Source: a virus
Length of the DNA stretch: 64,000 nucleotides
Reading direction: 5' to 3' (one strand)
Virus record (IMG/VR): IMGVR_UViG_3300032087_004407
Span: 14,890-78,889 of that record
The position numbers and the translations under genes were made by a program. Shown here in pieces: positions 1 through 10,854 of this stretch. Every line of letters begins with the position of its first letter. The stretch's first letter is position 1. Under the pieces are notes generated by a model. That model was not told the DNA's origin and made no database searches. It saw only the letters and a list, made by a program, of their open reading frames with translations.

Positions 1-771
1 TTCAAAGATAATCCTTATGCTATTCTTGACGGTGAATTATATAATCACAAATTGAGAGATAATTTTAATAAAATTACAAGTTTGGTTCGCAAACAAAAAC
101 CAGTTCGCACCAAAGATGATACTGATACTTCATTTGTTAAAAAAGTTGATGCGTTTAATGAGCGATGCAAAGAAGCAGAAAGTATAATTGAATATTGGAT
201 TTATGACGCACCAGTAATTGCATCAATAAGTGGAACAACTAAACTTGTCAAAGATGTAGTAACAGTTGATGATAATGTAATCTTTAGAGAAAACGATTCT
301 TTTGTAGAAAGATTCAACGAAATTATAATGTGGTTTTATGGAAAATACGATTGCATTCATCCCGTGCCTACATTTGAAGCAGAAGATAAAGAGCATCTTG
401 ACGATTATTATGGCAAGTATTTGGATGATGGTTTTGAAGGTCAAATGGTAAGGGTTACAGATTCTCCATATCAAAATAAACGCTCAAAGAATTTATTAAA
501 ACGCAAAGAGTTTATTGACGAAGAATTTGAAGTGATTGACATTGAAGAAGGTTCTGGCAACAGAACAGGTACAGTTAAACATCTTGTTTGTAAAAACAAA
601 GACGGCAAGACTTTTAACTCAAACGTCAAAGGTAACTTTGAATACTTGGAAGAAATATTAAAAAATAAAAAAGATTATATTGGCAAGTTAGCTACAATAA
701 AATTCTTTCAATATACTCCCGATGGAGTACCAAGATTTCCATACGCAATAGGGTTTAGAGATTATGAGTAA
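1..771 (+). CDS. lig: ATP-dependent DNA ligase (5'-truncated by window)
   Basis: Frame open from base 1: ILDGELY (motif III), YWIYD, EGQMVR (motif IV), KRSKNLLKRK (motif V), C-terminal PRFP. Confidence 0.9.
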   Translation, partial: FKDNPYAILDGELYNHKLRDNFNKITSLVRKQKPVRTKDDTDTSFVKKVDAFNERCKEAESIIEYWIYDAPVIASISGTTKLVKDVVTVDDNVIFRENDSFVERFNEIIMWFYGKYDCIHPVPTFEAEDKEHLDDYYGKYLDDGFEGQMVRVTDSPYQNKRSKNLLKRKEFIDEEFEVIDIEEGSGNRTGTVKHLVCKNKDGKTFNSNVKGNFEYLEEILKNKKDYIGKLATIKFFQYTPDGVPRFPYAIGFRDYE

Positions 772-930
772 AAAAAGAAAACATAAAGAACTTGACATTC
801 AAGAATTAAGAAAGTATATTAGAAACAACCTCGACACTATGAGCGACCAAACAATTACACGTTTATACGAAGCCGCGACAGGCGAGTTAGTAGCAAGTAA
901 AATCTCAAACAACAAACTACGAATTATTAC

Positions 931-1188
931 ATGATAGAAAATTTAGAAATAAAACATGGACAGATAATCCCGTTCGTAAATTTAGTAAATGAAATATGTG
1001 AAATGGGCATTATTCCAGAACAAGATGTAATAGAACATTGGTTACAACAACCTAGACAATTTTTAGATAATAAAAGTCCACAAGATTTAGTAAACGAAGA
1101 TAACATGGACAAAGTTTGGGACTTGTTAAGATTTATAGAAACTGGAGAAGCGGATATTTGGGAAAATGAAACAAGCACCACAAACTGA
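931..1188 (+). CDS. Stand-alone Xre/MbcA/ParS-type antitoxin C-terminal (DUF2384-like) domain protein
   Basis: WLQQPRQFLDNKSPQDLV...VWDLLRFIETG fits the family pattern WLxxPxxxLxxxxPxxLL...VxxxLxxIExG. Confidence 0.6.
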   Translation: MIENLEIKHGQIIPFVNLVNEICEMGIIPEQDVIEHWLQQPRQFLDNKSPQDLVNEDNMDKVWDLLRFIETGEADIWENETSTTN

Positions 1189-1588
1189 ATTTGAAAAACT
1201 TACTTGGAAAGAAATTTGTATGCGATTACTACATTGCGTAGGCAGCGAAGGTGACGATTGGTTTCATAAACATTGGCACGATTATAATATTGACAAACAT
1301 CATGCAGACATTATCTTGAATCAATATGAAGAATGGACAAAGCAAAACAACATAACGGTAAAAAAGATGGATTACAGCAAATGAAAAAATTAAGTTTACC
1401 ATCAACCGTAGATCAAGTAAATAGTTTACGAACTACCGCATTATTCAATACAACGCTTTTATTGATTATATTATCTTTTTTAGTCAGTATTGCTTTTGAC
1501 AAACAATCGGAAAAGGTAATCGACCCTCAAGTAGAAGAACAATTAAAAGAAATTTTAGACTTTATTAGAAATCCGAATATTACTATAA

Positions 1589-2122
1589 ATGAATAGTGAC
1601 CTAATTACACAAAGAAATAAATACGACAAGACTGGTGAATGTATTCAGTCAGGACTTGGAGCAGAGCAAATTTTTGACCAGATAGCTGAATCAAAAAATC
1701 TTTCAATTAAAAATGCCAAGCGTAGAGAAAATATGCACAAGCATATCGACAAGCACGTTACGCGAGAAGATGGTTCAACATGGTCTGTTGACATTAAAGC
1801 GCGAAAAAAGACTAGCAGAAGCGATTCTAGCGCACAAGACGATTGGATTTGGATTGAATTCCAAAACGTAAAAGGTAATAATGGTTGGCTTTATGGTGAA
1901 GCAGACAATATTGCTTTTGAAACCCAAGACGGCTTTGTAATAGTTGACCGAAATTCTTTGGTTGATTATGTTGAAAATGCAGTTGACATGGGTAAACCAG
2001 TACGCAAATCTTTTTTGGCAAAGTATAAAACGTATCGTCGAGCAGGACGCAACGACCTACTCACAATGGTAGAGTTATCAAAAATCGTAGAAAATTGTAA
2101 TCATTTCGTATGGGAAAAGTAA
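1589..2122 (+). CDS. PD-(D/E)XK-like nuclease, conserved phage protein
   Basis: GLGAEQIF...HID...SVDIK...WIEFQNVKGNNGWLYG pattern. Confidence 0.55.
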   Translation: MNSDLITQRNKYDKTGECIQSGLGAEQIFDQIAESKNLSIKNAKRRENMHKHIDKHVTREDGSTWSVDIKARKKTSRSDSSAQDDWIWIEFQNVKGNNGWLYGEADNIAFETQDGFVIVDRNSLVDYVENAVDMGKPVRKSFLAKYKTYRRAGRNDLLTMVELSKIVENCNHFVWEK

Positions 2123-2487
2123 ATTTAGATAATCGCGTACAACATTTAATAGATTTAAGCGCAAAGCATATTTTTAAAAATTTAAATAAACCTTTACATA
2201 AATCTTGGTTGGCATCATTTAGCGTAAGAAGTCACGATAGAGTTGATAAATGCAAAATACAATTCAAGAATGGATTACCAGAGTTTGTTTACAGTCCTAG
2301 TTGGATGAAAAAATTAATCAATTCAGAAGGCACATTCAATGGTGCAGATGCAATAGATCATATTTGTAAAATTATAACAGATCAAAATGGCAAGCTAAAA
2401 AGCAAACGAGGAAGAAAAAGAAAAGTGCCACTAAAAATTAGTTATCATCCTCCAAGCATCAATGTTTAAAAAAGTTTTAAAAAATAC

Positions 2488-2516
2488 TTGACTTGACCAG
2501 CAGGATAATATATAAT
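2488..2516 (+). promoter_or_regulatory. sigma70-type promoter for the ORF at 2528
   Basis: TTGACT-17-TATAAT. Confidence 0.8.
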
Positions 2517-2794
2517 ACATCCCTCTTATGAAAAAGCAGACCTTAAACAAAGATGGAACACCGCGCAAAACTGGTAGTGGTCGCACCAAAGGTGCAGCAT
2601 CTACAATATTAGTTAAGTTATCAGATGTAAACAAAATTTGTAAAGAAGATGCGTACATTCCAGTTGCAACAAAGTGGGCAAGAACAAACAATCTTGACCA
2701 AGTTAAAATGACAGCAAAAGTTGTTGAATTAAAGCCAGAAGTAGAAGAATCTACAAAGGTAGAATATTCTTTGACAAATTTCGACGATTAATAC

Positions 2795-2823
2795 TTGACA
2801 ACCAAAGCAACCTCTGGTATAAT
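2795..2823 (+). promoter_or_regulatory. sigma70 consensus promoter, leaderless (ATG at 2831)
   Basis: TTGACA-17-TATAAT, then 7 nt, then ATG. Confidence 0.9.
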
Positions 2824-2830
2824 ATCTCCC

Positions 2831-3754
2831 ATGTTTGAAACACTTGTTGGACAAAATTTAGTCAAAAAGAAATTGCAATTCTACAAAGAATCGTATGATA
2901 CATCCAAGAGGATGCCGTTCTTGTTCTTTGTTGGTGCAAAAGGATTGGGCAAAACAGAATTTGCCAAGCAACTTGCAAAAGAAATCAAGAATACTGACGG
3001 TTCTCGTCGTCCCTTTTTGGAGATCAACTGCTCGACACTTAAAAGAGTTGATGATTTTTTTGAGCAAATCTTTTTGCCGCTTATCTACAACAACGAAGTA
3101 ACAGTTTTGTTTGATGAAGCGCATGAACTACCCAAAGGTTTAACCAATGCGTTCTTGACTATATTCAATACAGATCAAGACCATATCAAAGACTTCAACT
3201 TAAATGACCAAGTTTTTACGTTCGATTTCACAAAGCAATCTTTCTTTTTTGCAACTACCGAAAGCGACAAAGTTTTTGCTCCACTAAAAGACAGATTGAT
3301 TACAGTAGACTTTGAACCATATACCAAAAAGGAGTTGTCAGAGATTATTAAATTAAATTGTAAAGATGTTGATTTTTCAGATGATGCGCTATATGAGTTA
3401 TCAAAGATCACCAGAGGCAATGCGAGGGATGCAGTCAAACATTCTCGACAGCACGTTATACCTTATTGCAAGAAAAATCGCATTCAATACTTTGACAAAG
3501 CAGATTTTTTCAAGCTCAAAAATGAAGTCGGCATCAACGATTTAGGCTTGACAAATGCAGAAAAGCAAATTCTACAAATTCTTCAAAGCGTAGGTTCATG
3601 CACGTTGGGTATGTTATCTGCCAAGACAGGATTAAGCAGAACAGCATTGCAACGCGACCATGAAATGTACTTGATTAGAAAGAGTCTTATAGACATAGAT
3701 GGCAAGCGCAAAATTACAGAGGAAGGTTGCAGAATACTAGAGAAAATAGTGTAA
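2831..3754 (+). CDS. ruvB: RuvB-like Holliday junction branch-migration AAA+ ATPase
   Basis: Walker A GAKGLGKT, Walker B VLFDEAH, ATT sensor 1, PLKDR arginine finger, RGNAR sensor 2, C-terminal winged helix (HEMYLIRKSLI). Confidence 0.8.
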   Translation: MFETLVGQNLVKKKLQFYKESYDTSKRMPFLFFVGAKGLGKTEFAKQLAKEIKNTDGSRRPFLEINCSTLKRVDDFFEQIFLPLIYNNEVTVLFDEAHELPKGLTNAFLTIFNTDQDHIKDFNLNDQVFTFDFTKQSFFFATTESDKVFAPLKDRLITVDFEPYTKKELSEIIKLNCKDVDFSDDALYELSKITRGNARDAVKHSRQHVIPYCKKNRIQYFDKADFFKLKNEVGINDLGLTNAEKQILQILQSVGSCTLGMLSAKTGLSRTALQRDHEMYLIRKSLIDIDGKRKITEEGCRILEKIV

Positions 3755-3807
3755 ATTATAGTATAAAATTAAGCACAAAAAAAGTTTTTAAAAATTTAAA
3801 AAAACCC

Positions 3808-3836
3808 TTGACACGCAAGTAAAAACATAGTATAAT
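3808..3836 (+). promoter_or_regulatory. sigma70 consensus promoter, leaderless
   Basis: TTGACA-17-TATAAT, 7 nt, ATG at 3844. Confidence 0.9.
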
Positions 3837-3843
3837 TATCCGC

Positions 3844-6090
3844 ATGATTGCAGAACAAAAGACACATAGGTTGGTTCGTTCACACGACTTTGACGAAGCT
3901 CAATTCGGTATCGACCAAGAGGACATTGGTTTCGTCATTGATCTATTGCGTAACCAAATTTATTCAAACAAGATACTCGCAGTAATACGAGAATATACAA
4001 CAAATGCAGTTGACGCACATAACGATGTTGGTAAAGAAGGTACTCCGATTTCTGTCGGTTTGCCTACTCGCTTTAATCCACATTTTACTGTTCGTGATTT
4101 TGGCGATGGTCTTTCTCACGACGATGTTTGTAATATTTATGTTCGCTATTGTAAGTCTACTAAAAGACAAAGTAATGCGTTTACTGGACAACTAGGAATA
4201 GGTTGTAAAAGTGGATTTGCATACGGTGATTCTTTTACAGTAACTTCGTATCACAATGGCATCAAGTCTACTTATGTCGCTCAAATTGATGAGACTAGCC
4301 AAGGCAAGATTATCAAGATGGATGAGTCAAAGTCCAAGGAACCAAGTGGCATCGAAATCAAGATTGCAGTAGCAGAAGATGACGTTCACACTTTCCAAAA
4401 AGAGGCTTTAGATTTATTTAAATATTTTAAAATCAAGCCCAAGGTAACTGGCAACGATCAACCAATCAAAGATTTCAATAAAACTCTTGAAGGTGATGAT
4501 TGGTACATAGTTGAATCAGAAAAGTCATACGGTTGGCAATATCGCTCAAACAGAGCAATCGCAATTATGGGCAACATTGGTTATCCAATCGACGCTAATG
4601 TTGTCAAAAATTTAACAGAACATCAACAAAGTATATTACAGCATGGAGAACTCCATATACAGTTTGATATTGGCGACTTGTCTATTGCTCCTAGTCGAGA
4701 AGCATTGGAATACACTCGAAAAACCCAAGCGAAGATTAAGGAGAAGGCACAATCAGTCATCAAAGACTTACAGAAGGTTGCATCAGAAAAATTAAAAAAC
4801 TCTGGTGATCTATGGGAGGCAAAAAATAATTATGCAAAAATACACAATGCGTTTGATTATAGTTTGCGCGATATTCTCAAAGATTGTTTTGTATACAAAG
4901 GTGTAAAGGTTGAGGATTCAAGGTTTGAAGTTCCACACACGTTGAATAACTGGCACAACCCTCATGTCAAGATACGAAGGTATGAAATCAACGATACAAA
5001 TGGTAAATTAAAACCAACTAAAGATAGACACATTTATTGTCAAGACAATACCTTGATAGTTGAATCAGATTCTCCAAGTAATTCTGGCTTGACTGCGAGA
5101 ATGAGACACTTGTTCAATGAAGATTCTGATTTGAAGTACGTTTACTTTGTTGACATAGATACACAAAAAAATCGCAAGACTTTTCGCGATCACAATAATT
5201 GGCAACTCTTGGACAAAGACAGAGTAAAAAAGTTGTCGGATATTCCAAAAGCCAAAGTCAATAAAGCGTCAGGTACTACTCAAGGCGTAACGCGATCTCA
5301 CATTGGAGCATTTATATTCGACCATGTAAATAGTGCTACTGGCAGCAATTCTAGTGATTACTGGCAAGATGCAGACAACATAGACCCCAAAAAAGATTCT
5401 GGCATTTATGTTCCATTGTGGAGATATGATTTTACAGAAAAACCAGACAATACATCAGAAGTTGTTTTGTTTAATGCAGAAATCAAAAATGCTTTAGAGT
5501 TTATCAACAAAAATAGAAAGACTCCCGTAAAAGTTTATGGATTTAGATTTCGCGATGAGTCTAAACTCGACAAGTCAAAGTGGACAAGGTTTGATGAATA
5601 TTTCAAGTCATTTGTTCAAAAACACTTCAAAGGACAAAAAGGTAAAGACGCACTACAAGCGATCTCCAACATCTATGAGTTGGGCAAGTATGAAAATAAA
5701 ATTGATGAAATTGAAGGGACGAGCTTGGGTAGGCATCTCGCCAAAAAGTTAGATGAAAAACATAGAATCGTAAAGTTGCTTGACTTCAAAAATATCAGAA
5801 GTGAATTGCAAACAAAGTATGATAAGTATTTATCGTTTTGGACTAACTTTCTCAAGACAGAAGATAAACAAAAAATCTTTGATGTTAAATTACCAAAGTC
5901 AGATTACAATATCACGACATATCGCAAGAGAATTACCGACTTGTATCCAATGATTCCTCATGTAAGTAGTTACAGTTACGGTCACGATGAACAATTAGGC
6001 AAAGATGTAGTTAATTACATCAAAATGGTAGACGAGTACAATAAACAAAACAACATATTTTTACAAGCACAAAAGAAAAAAAGTGCTTGA
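3844..6090 (+). CDS. rIIA: rIIA-like protein (GHKL/HATPase N-terminal domain)
   Basis: IYSNKILAVIREYTTNAVDAH, VRDFGDGLS, STK..SN..TGQLGIGCKS; directly upstream of a rIIB-like gene. Confidence 0.85.
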   Translation: MIAEQKTHRLVRSHDFDEAQFGIDQEDIGFVIDLLRNQIYSNKILAVIREYTTNAVDAHNDVGKEGTPISVGLPTRFNPHFTVRDFGDGLSHDDVCNIYVRYCKSTKRQSNAFTGQLGIGCKSGFAYGDSFTVTSYHNGIKSTYVAQIDETSQGKIIKMDESKSKEPSGIEIKIAVAEDDVHTFQKEALDLFKYFKIKPKVTGNDQPIKDFNKTLEGDDWYIVESEKSYGWQYRSNRAIAIMGNIGYPIDANVVKNLTEHQQSILQHGELHIQFDIGDLSIAPSREALEYTRKTQAKIKEKAQSVIKDLQKVASEKLKNSGDLWEAKNNYAKIHNAFDYSLRDILKDCFVYKGVKVEDSRFEVPHTLNNWHNPHVKIRRYEINDTNGKLKPTKDRHIYCQDNTLIVESDSPSNSGLTARMRHLFNEDSDLKYVYFVDIDTQKNRKTFRDHNNWQLLDKDRVKKLSDIPKAKVNKASGTTQGVTRSHIGAFIFDHVNSATGSNSSDYWQDADNIDPKKDSGIYVPLWRYDFTEKPDNTSEVVLFNAEIKNALEFINKNRKTPVKVYGFRFRDESKLDKSKWTRFDEYFKSFVQKHFKGQKGKDALQAISNIYELGKYENKIDEIEGTSLGRHLAKKLDEKHRIVKLLDFKNIRSELQTKYDKYLSFWTNFLKTEDKQKIFDVKLPKSDYNITTYRKRITDLYPMIPHVSSYSYGHDEQLGKDVVNYIKMVDEYNKQNNIFLQAQKKKSA

Positions 6091-6115
6091 CTTGAACAAC
6101 GAAAGATAGTATAAT
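6087..6115 (+). promoter_or_regulatory. sigma70 promoter, leaderless; -35 overlaps the rIIA stop codon
   Basis: TTGACT-17-TATAAT, 7 nt, ATG at 6123. Confidence 0.85.
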
Positions 6116-6122
6116 ACACGAC

Positions 6123-7169
6123 ATGAACAAAATACCGTACATATTGGGCGAAAATGCAGTAACGCTATTTGTAGATGGCAAGCCTGTCACGGTTCGCAAC
6201 GACGATGCAAACTACTACGAAGTACGCAAGTGCTTGTTGGACGGTCGATACGACGATGTAACAACGTATCTCGACCTTGAAAAGCAAGTAGAAGATTACA
6301 CCGATGGAGACATTTCCATTAAAGACGGTGAAGTTTTCTTTGGAGAGGAAAAACTCAATGGAGTAGTAGTTGACAAACTACTTGAGTTGATGAAAAGTGG
6401 TTTGACTGATAAAAATCCTTTTATCAATTTTCTCAAGAACCTATTGAAGAATCCATCAAAAAATTCAGTAGATCAACTCTACACTTTTTTGTCGAAGCGC
6501 GATATGCCGATTGATGAAGAAGGTTTGGTGATCGGCTACAAAGGTGTAGCGCAAAATTACAAGGACAAGTATAGTGGCAAGTTCGACAATAGTGTTGGGC
6601 AATCCCATGAAATGCCTCGCAGAAATGTCGATGATAATTGTGAGAATCATTGTTCATACGGTTTTCATATTGGCTCATACGATTATGCAAACGATTGGGC
6701 AAGCGGAGACGGTCACTTGATGATTGTCAAGTTCAATCCAGAAGATGCTGTTAGCGTTCCTACTGACTGCGACTTTCAAAAGTTGAGAGTATGCAAGTAT
6801 AGCGTAGTCGGTGAGATTACTGACAGAAAGCAACTCAAGCAACCTTTCTATGATTCGACAGGAGAGTTCTCTGATGAAGATTTTCTCGGTGATATTCACC
6901 TAGAAGATTACGAAAATGATTCATTGGATAATGATTCATACGAAAGTGACGCAACTCGCTTGGCTATTCGCAACTATGTTGAGAACAAGCATGAGGACAA
7001 TACAGAACCTACTGTCAAGCAAATTCAATCACGCATGAAAGGCACAACCTTAACTTCACAAGAAATTGTGGACATTGTGGAAGAATTAGGCTTTGAGGTA
7101 GAATATAATAAAGAGGCACTATCTCGCTCAAGAGTAGTAATCGGTGAAGATATTTCAATTACAAACTAA
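6123..7169 (+). CDS. rIIB: rIIB-like protein
   Basis: IGYKGV, DNSVG...EMPR..VDDN...CSYGFHIG, KFNPEDAVSVPTD..FQKLRVCKY. Confidence 0.85.
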   Translation: MNKIPYILGENAVTLFVDGKPVTVRNDDANYYEVRKCLLDGRYDDVTTYLDLEKQVEDYTDGDISIKDGEVFFGEEKLNGVVVDKLLELMKSGLTDKNPFINFLKNLLKNPSKNSVDQLYTFLSKRDMPIDEEGLVIGYKGVAQNYKDKYSGKFDNSVGQSHEMPRRNVDDNCENHCSYGFHIGSYDYANDWASGDGHLMIVKFNPEDAVSVPTDCDFQKLRVCKYSVVGEITDRKQLKQPFYDSTGEFSDEDFLGDIHLEDYENDSLDNDSYESDATRLAIRNYVENKHEDNTEPTVKQIQSRMKGTTLTSQEIVDIVEELGFEVEYNKEALSRSRVVIGEDISITN

Positions 7170-7486
7170 AATTAATTATATAAAAATATTATGACAACAA
7201 CAGCAGAAGCAGAAAAGTTGAATCTTCAAAATTTTGAAGATGCTATTAGCAAGACAAATGATACCAATATTGATACGCTTTGGGCAATCCTAAAGTACAA
7301 AGAAATTGGAATTTATCGCAAGGTAAAGTGTATGTCCGAGGTTTTGGGCGTTGACTTCGATCAACTCTCAGGAGAGTTACCTACTGATTCAAGTGGTAGG
7401 ATTCTCGATCAAAAATCAAGGCATGGCATTCACGACATTCTTATCAAGTATTCGTAATCGTTAGTTGATAGTTATGTAGACAAATC

Positions 7487-7508
7487 GGGGGAGGGTAAAA
7501 CCTCCCCC
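7487..7508 (+). terminator. GC-rich hairpin after the rII block
   Basis: GGGGGAGG-GTAAAA-CCTCCCCC; no clear U-tract. Confidence 0.5.
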
Positions 7509-7799
7509 ACTTCCCCTAAAACAAAATGAAAAATATTATTAGATATATTGTAAAGGATGCTAAAGGCGAGTACCAAAGCGCATATAGCACCAAGCTAGGA
7601 GTCAAGGATGCGTTCAAATACGCTACCCTTACAGCAAAGGATGTTTATGGAGTAATCTACTCAGTAGACAATAATGGTAACGAAGAACAAGTTACCAGTT
7701 ACCCCAAACCAGAAAAGAAGAAAAAGCCACAAGCAAAAAAATAAATAAATTTTAAAAAAAAGTTTGACTCGCAGACCGAAATTTGTTATAATTACTCCC

Positions 7800-8510
7800 A
7801 TGTTGAACGAGAATGAAACCTTGCAAATGAGTATGTTTAGTCCTTTGGGCTACGAAACACCAACCGCCGATTCTTTTGTCGCTTCGCTCGACAAAGATGA
7901 AGTAGCCAAGTACACCGAGTATTGGCAAAGTATTCAACCAAAAAATCACGCCGATTATTTTCGTCGCTGGTTGTTTTCGCTTATGTCGGTACACACTACT
8001 TGGGAAAGCAATGTGCGTGGATACAACTTCCTCAAAGACTTGTCATGGTTATTCGACAAGGATAAGTTGGCTAACAAGATTGTAGATGCTCGCGTTGGCT
8101 TGCACACAAATCGCATCAAAGCAGTTTGGCAACTATTCGATCAGTTTCATTCAAACGTCGATGACTTTTATCGCAGAGAAGATGAGAGTTGGTCAGACTT
8201 CCGCGATAGGTTAGTTGAAAAAGTTTTTATGTTAGGTTATGCCAAGACTACTTTTCCTATTGGCATGAGCTTTCCGCTTGAGGCAGACATTGTTTGTCTT
8301 GACGTTCACTTTCTTCGACTACTCGGATGGAAGAAAAAGTCAGTTCCCTCCAAGCGCGACTATCACAAGATAGAAAAGTATTGGGTTGACCTTTGCCGCT
8401 CGCGTGACTTTGCTCCTAGCGTTGTTCGTGAAATGTATTGGGACAAAGTACAAGGAGAGGACAATTCACGCTATTGGAGTTATTGCCTCGAAAGCAATAA
8501 TGATGAGTGA
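7800..8510 (+). CDS. HhH-GPD superfamily N-glycosylase/DNA lyase-like protein
   Basis: MLGYAKTTF (HhH Lys) and IVCLDVHFLR (catalytic Asp); leaderless promoter TTGACT-17-TATAAT at 7764-7792. Confidence 0.6.
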   Translation: MLNENETLQMSMFSPLGYETPTADSFVASLDKDEVAKYTEYWQSIQPKNHADYFRRWLFSLMSVHTTWESNVRGYNFLKDLSWLFDKDKLANKIVDARVGLHTNRIKAVWQLFDQFHSNVDDFYRREDESWSDFRDRLVEKVFMLGYAKTTFPIGMSFPLEADIVCLDVHFLRLLGWKKKSVPSKRDYHKIEKYWVDLCRSRDFAPSVVREMYWDKVQGEDNSRYWSYCLESNNDE

Positions 8511-10162
8511 AGTAATTACAGTTAATGGCGCGAAGTTAATTGTTTACGATTTAGATTCCACTTATGAAATTCATATTGTTAAATCAGCGATCAAAGATGA
8601 AATACAAGCGTTGTATATCATCAATTATTTAGCAGATGAAGGATTTTTACCAGAAGAAAAACCAGTAGGAATAAAACTCATACCAGAAAAGTGAAAGCAT
8701 ATTCAGTAATTGACATAAAAAAATCTATCAGTAACCCTCCAAGAGTTACTGAAAAATACAAAGGAACTATGATATACGATCATAAAACTGCTGGTACTCT
8801 ACAAATTATGAGTCCAAATGAATATGATGGTTTCAAAAAAGTAACCAGTAGAAAAGGTCAGAGTTCAGTTTTAAGAAATGTTTTAGATGCAGGAGGTAGA
8901 TTACAATGACAACAAAACAAAAATTAAATTTTATAGCAGAGCAATATCCAGAATCATTAACAGCCGATGGATTTGATGACGCGATAATCGGATTCGACGC
9001 AAGCGGAGGAAATGTTATTTATGATTACACTAAATGCTTGAAAATCTTAATGGAAAGAGATAATATGGATTATACAGATGCTCACGAATATATGGAATTT
9101 AATGTTGTGAGTGCGTATGTAGGAGACTTAACACCTTATTTCATGCACAAGTTATGAAAATTAAAATACCGATTAATTATGATGAGATCAAAAAAGAAGA
9201 AGTTATTGTATTAGCAAATTTACCAGAAGATAAATGCAAAGAAATTTTAGTCGAGTTCTTTGGTAAAATGAAATACAAACAAAGACGCAAATGGCTCAAA
9301 AATAACTTAACAGAAATAGACGTTTACAGATTGGACAATCCCGATGAGTATAACGATGAGTAAAGAAAATTTAAAAAAATTTATTAAAAAGTACAAAGAA
9401 ATTAGTGACTGCGAAATTGCTCCCAATGACTCAAAGATAGGGCATAAAAAGAAAAGCGAGAGAGAATGGCTAAAATACGATAAAGATATATCATGGAAAC
9501 AAGGAGCAGATGAATTGATGGCAGCATTACGAATAGACATAGATTATCTAAAAAAATACAATGAACTTGACCAGTAAACAACAACAAATTTTTGATAAGA
9601 TTAAATCGGTAGACGCTGATTGGGGCGAAAAAGATTTTATTAAATGTTGGAATGATATATTAGATTTAAATAAATTTGTTAGCGTTTCTCAAGGTAAGTT
9701 AGTTTTAGAATTTGACGATGCTAGTTCTGTTCTTATAAAGTTTGTGCAAGATAATAAAGTATTACTTCAAGAGAGAATATATTGGAACGAAAAAATACCA
9801 GTTACATTAGAAGAAAAAAATAATGAAGTTAAACAAGCAGCACAATCAATTAAAATGCTCGCAGACTCAATTATTAATAGTTAATTAAAATGTCTTGGGA
9901 AAGAGATTTCGAGGGAATACCATTACAAGAAAAGCATACAATTTACAGTTTTCTTTTTCGCATTAATGAAACAAACCACACTTACGAAACAATTTGCGAT
10001 AAAGAGTTAACAGCAAAAAGAAGATACGGCAGACATTTAAAAAAATTTGGTGATGCAAAGTTGGCAGAAATAATATCTTTCTGGAAATACGTTTGGGAGA
10101 ATGGAAAATTAGTTGACGATAAAATAATATATCACTTTCGCGGTTTACACGAAGAACAATGA
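8503..10162 (+). other. Run of short overlapping hypothetical phage ORFs
   Basis: Tightly coupled ORFs (8691, 8906, 9154, 9344, 9561, 9890); 8906..9157 has the common phage motif ADGFDDAIIG...YVGDLTP. Confidence 0.6.
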
Positions 10163-10632
10163 CTTTAAAATCTGCAAAAAAATTAGCAAAAGAAATGATG
10201 CGAAAACATAAAGTAGATCACGTTTTTGATTTTAGCTTTATGGATTCCAAAACTACATTTGGTATATGCTATGATTCACCAGATTATTTAATACAATTAA
10301 GTATTCCGTATGTGCGATTAAATGGCAAGAAGGCAGTTCTCGACACGATACTGCATGAGATTGCCCATGCAAGGGATATTTTAAACAGAGGGTACACAAA
10401 GCACGATAAGGTTTGGAAAGAGCTTTGTAGGGACATTGGATGCTCAGAGAAGGCTACGTTTGACTCGCTTGAAGATAACGTGATTATGCCACTAGCACCG
10501 TATGTGGTGATATGTCAAAAATGTGGTTACTGCGAACCCAAGTACAGAAAACCGTCAAAGAAACCAAGCGTATGCCAAGGTTGCGGTTACAATAATGGAC
10601 TTTATAAACTAATCAAACAAAATGACAATTAA
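10159..10632 (+). CDS. SprT-like zinc metalloprotease
   Basis: TILHEIAHA...HDKVWK plus C-terminal CxxC...CxxC. Confidence 0.8.
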   Translation: MTLKSAKKLAKEMMRKHKVDHVFDFSFMDSKTTFGICYDSPDYLIQLSIPYVRLNGKKAVLDTILHEIAHARDILNRGYTKHDKVWKELCRDIGCSEKATFDSLEDNVIMPLAPYVVICQKCGYCEPKYRKPSKKPSVCQGCGYNNGLYKLIKQNDN

Positions 10633-10854
10633 CGAAGCAATCAATAAAGTACAAGATGTATGTATGTCTTACGCACTTGATTTAGAAAAAGAATCAAAAG
10701 AAGTAAAAGACGAAGCTACTGCAAAAGCAATGGATGAAGAATCAAAACAATTAATTAAAGCCACAAGAAAATTAAGGGAATTTATTTCAAATTCTATTGA
10801 TGATGGTAAATAATTTGCTTGACTATTGATATGTGTTTTGCTATAATACTCCCC

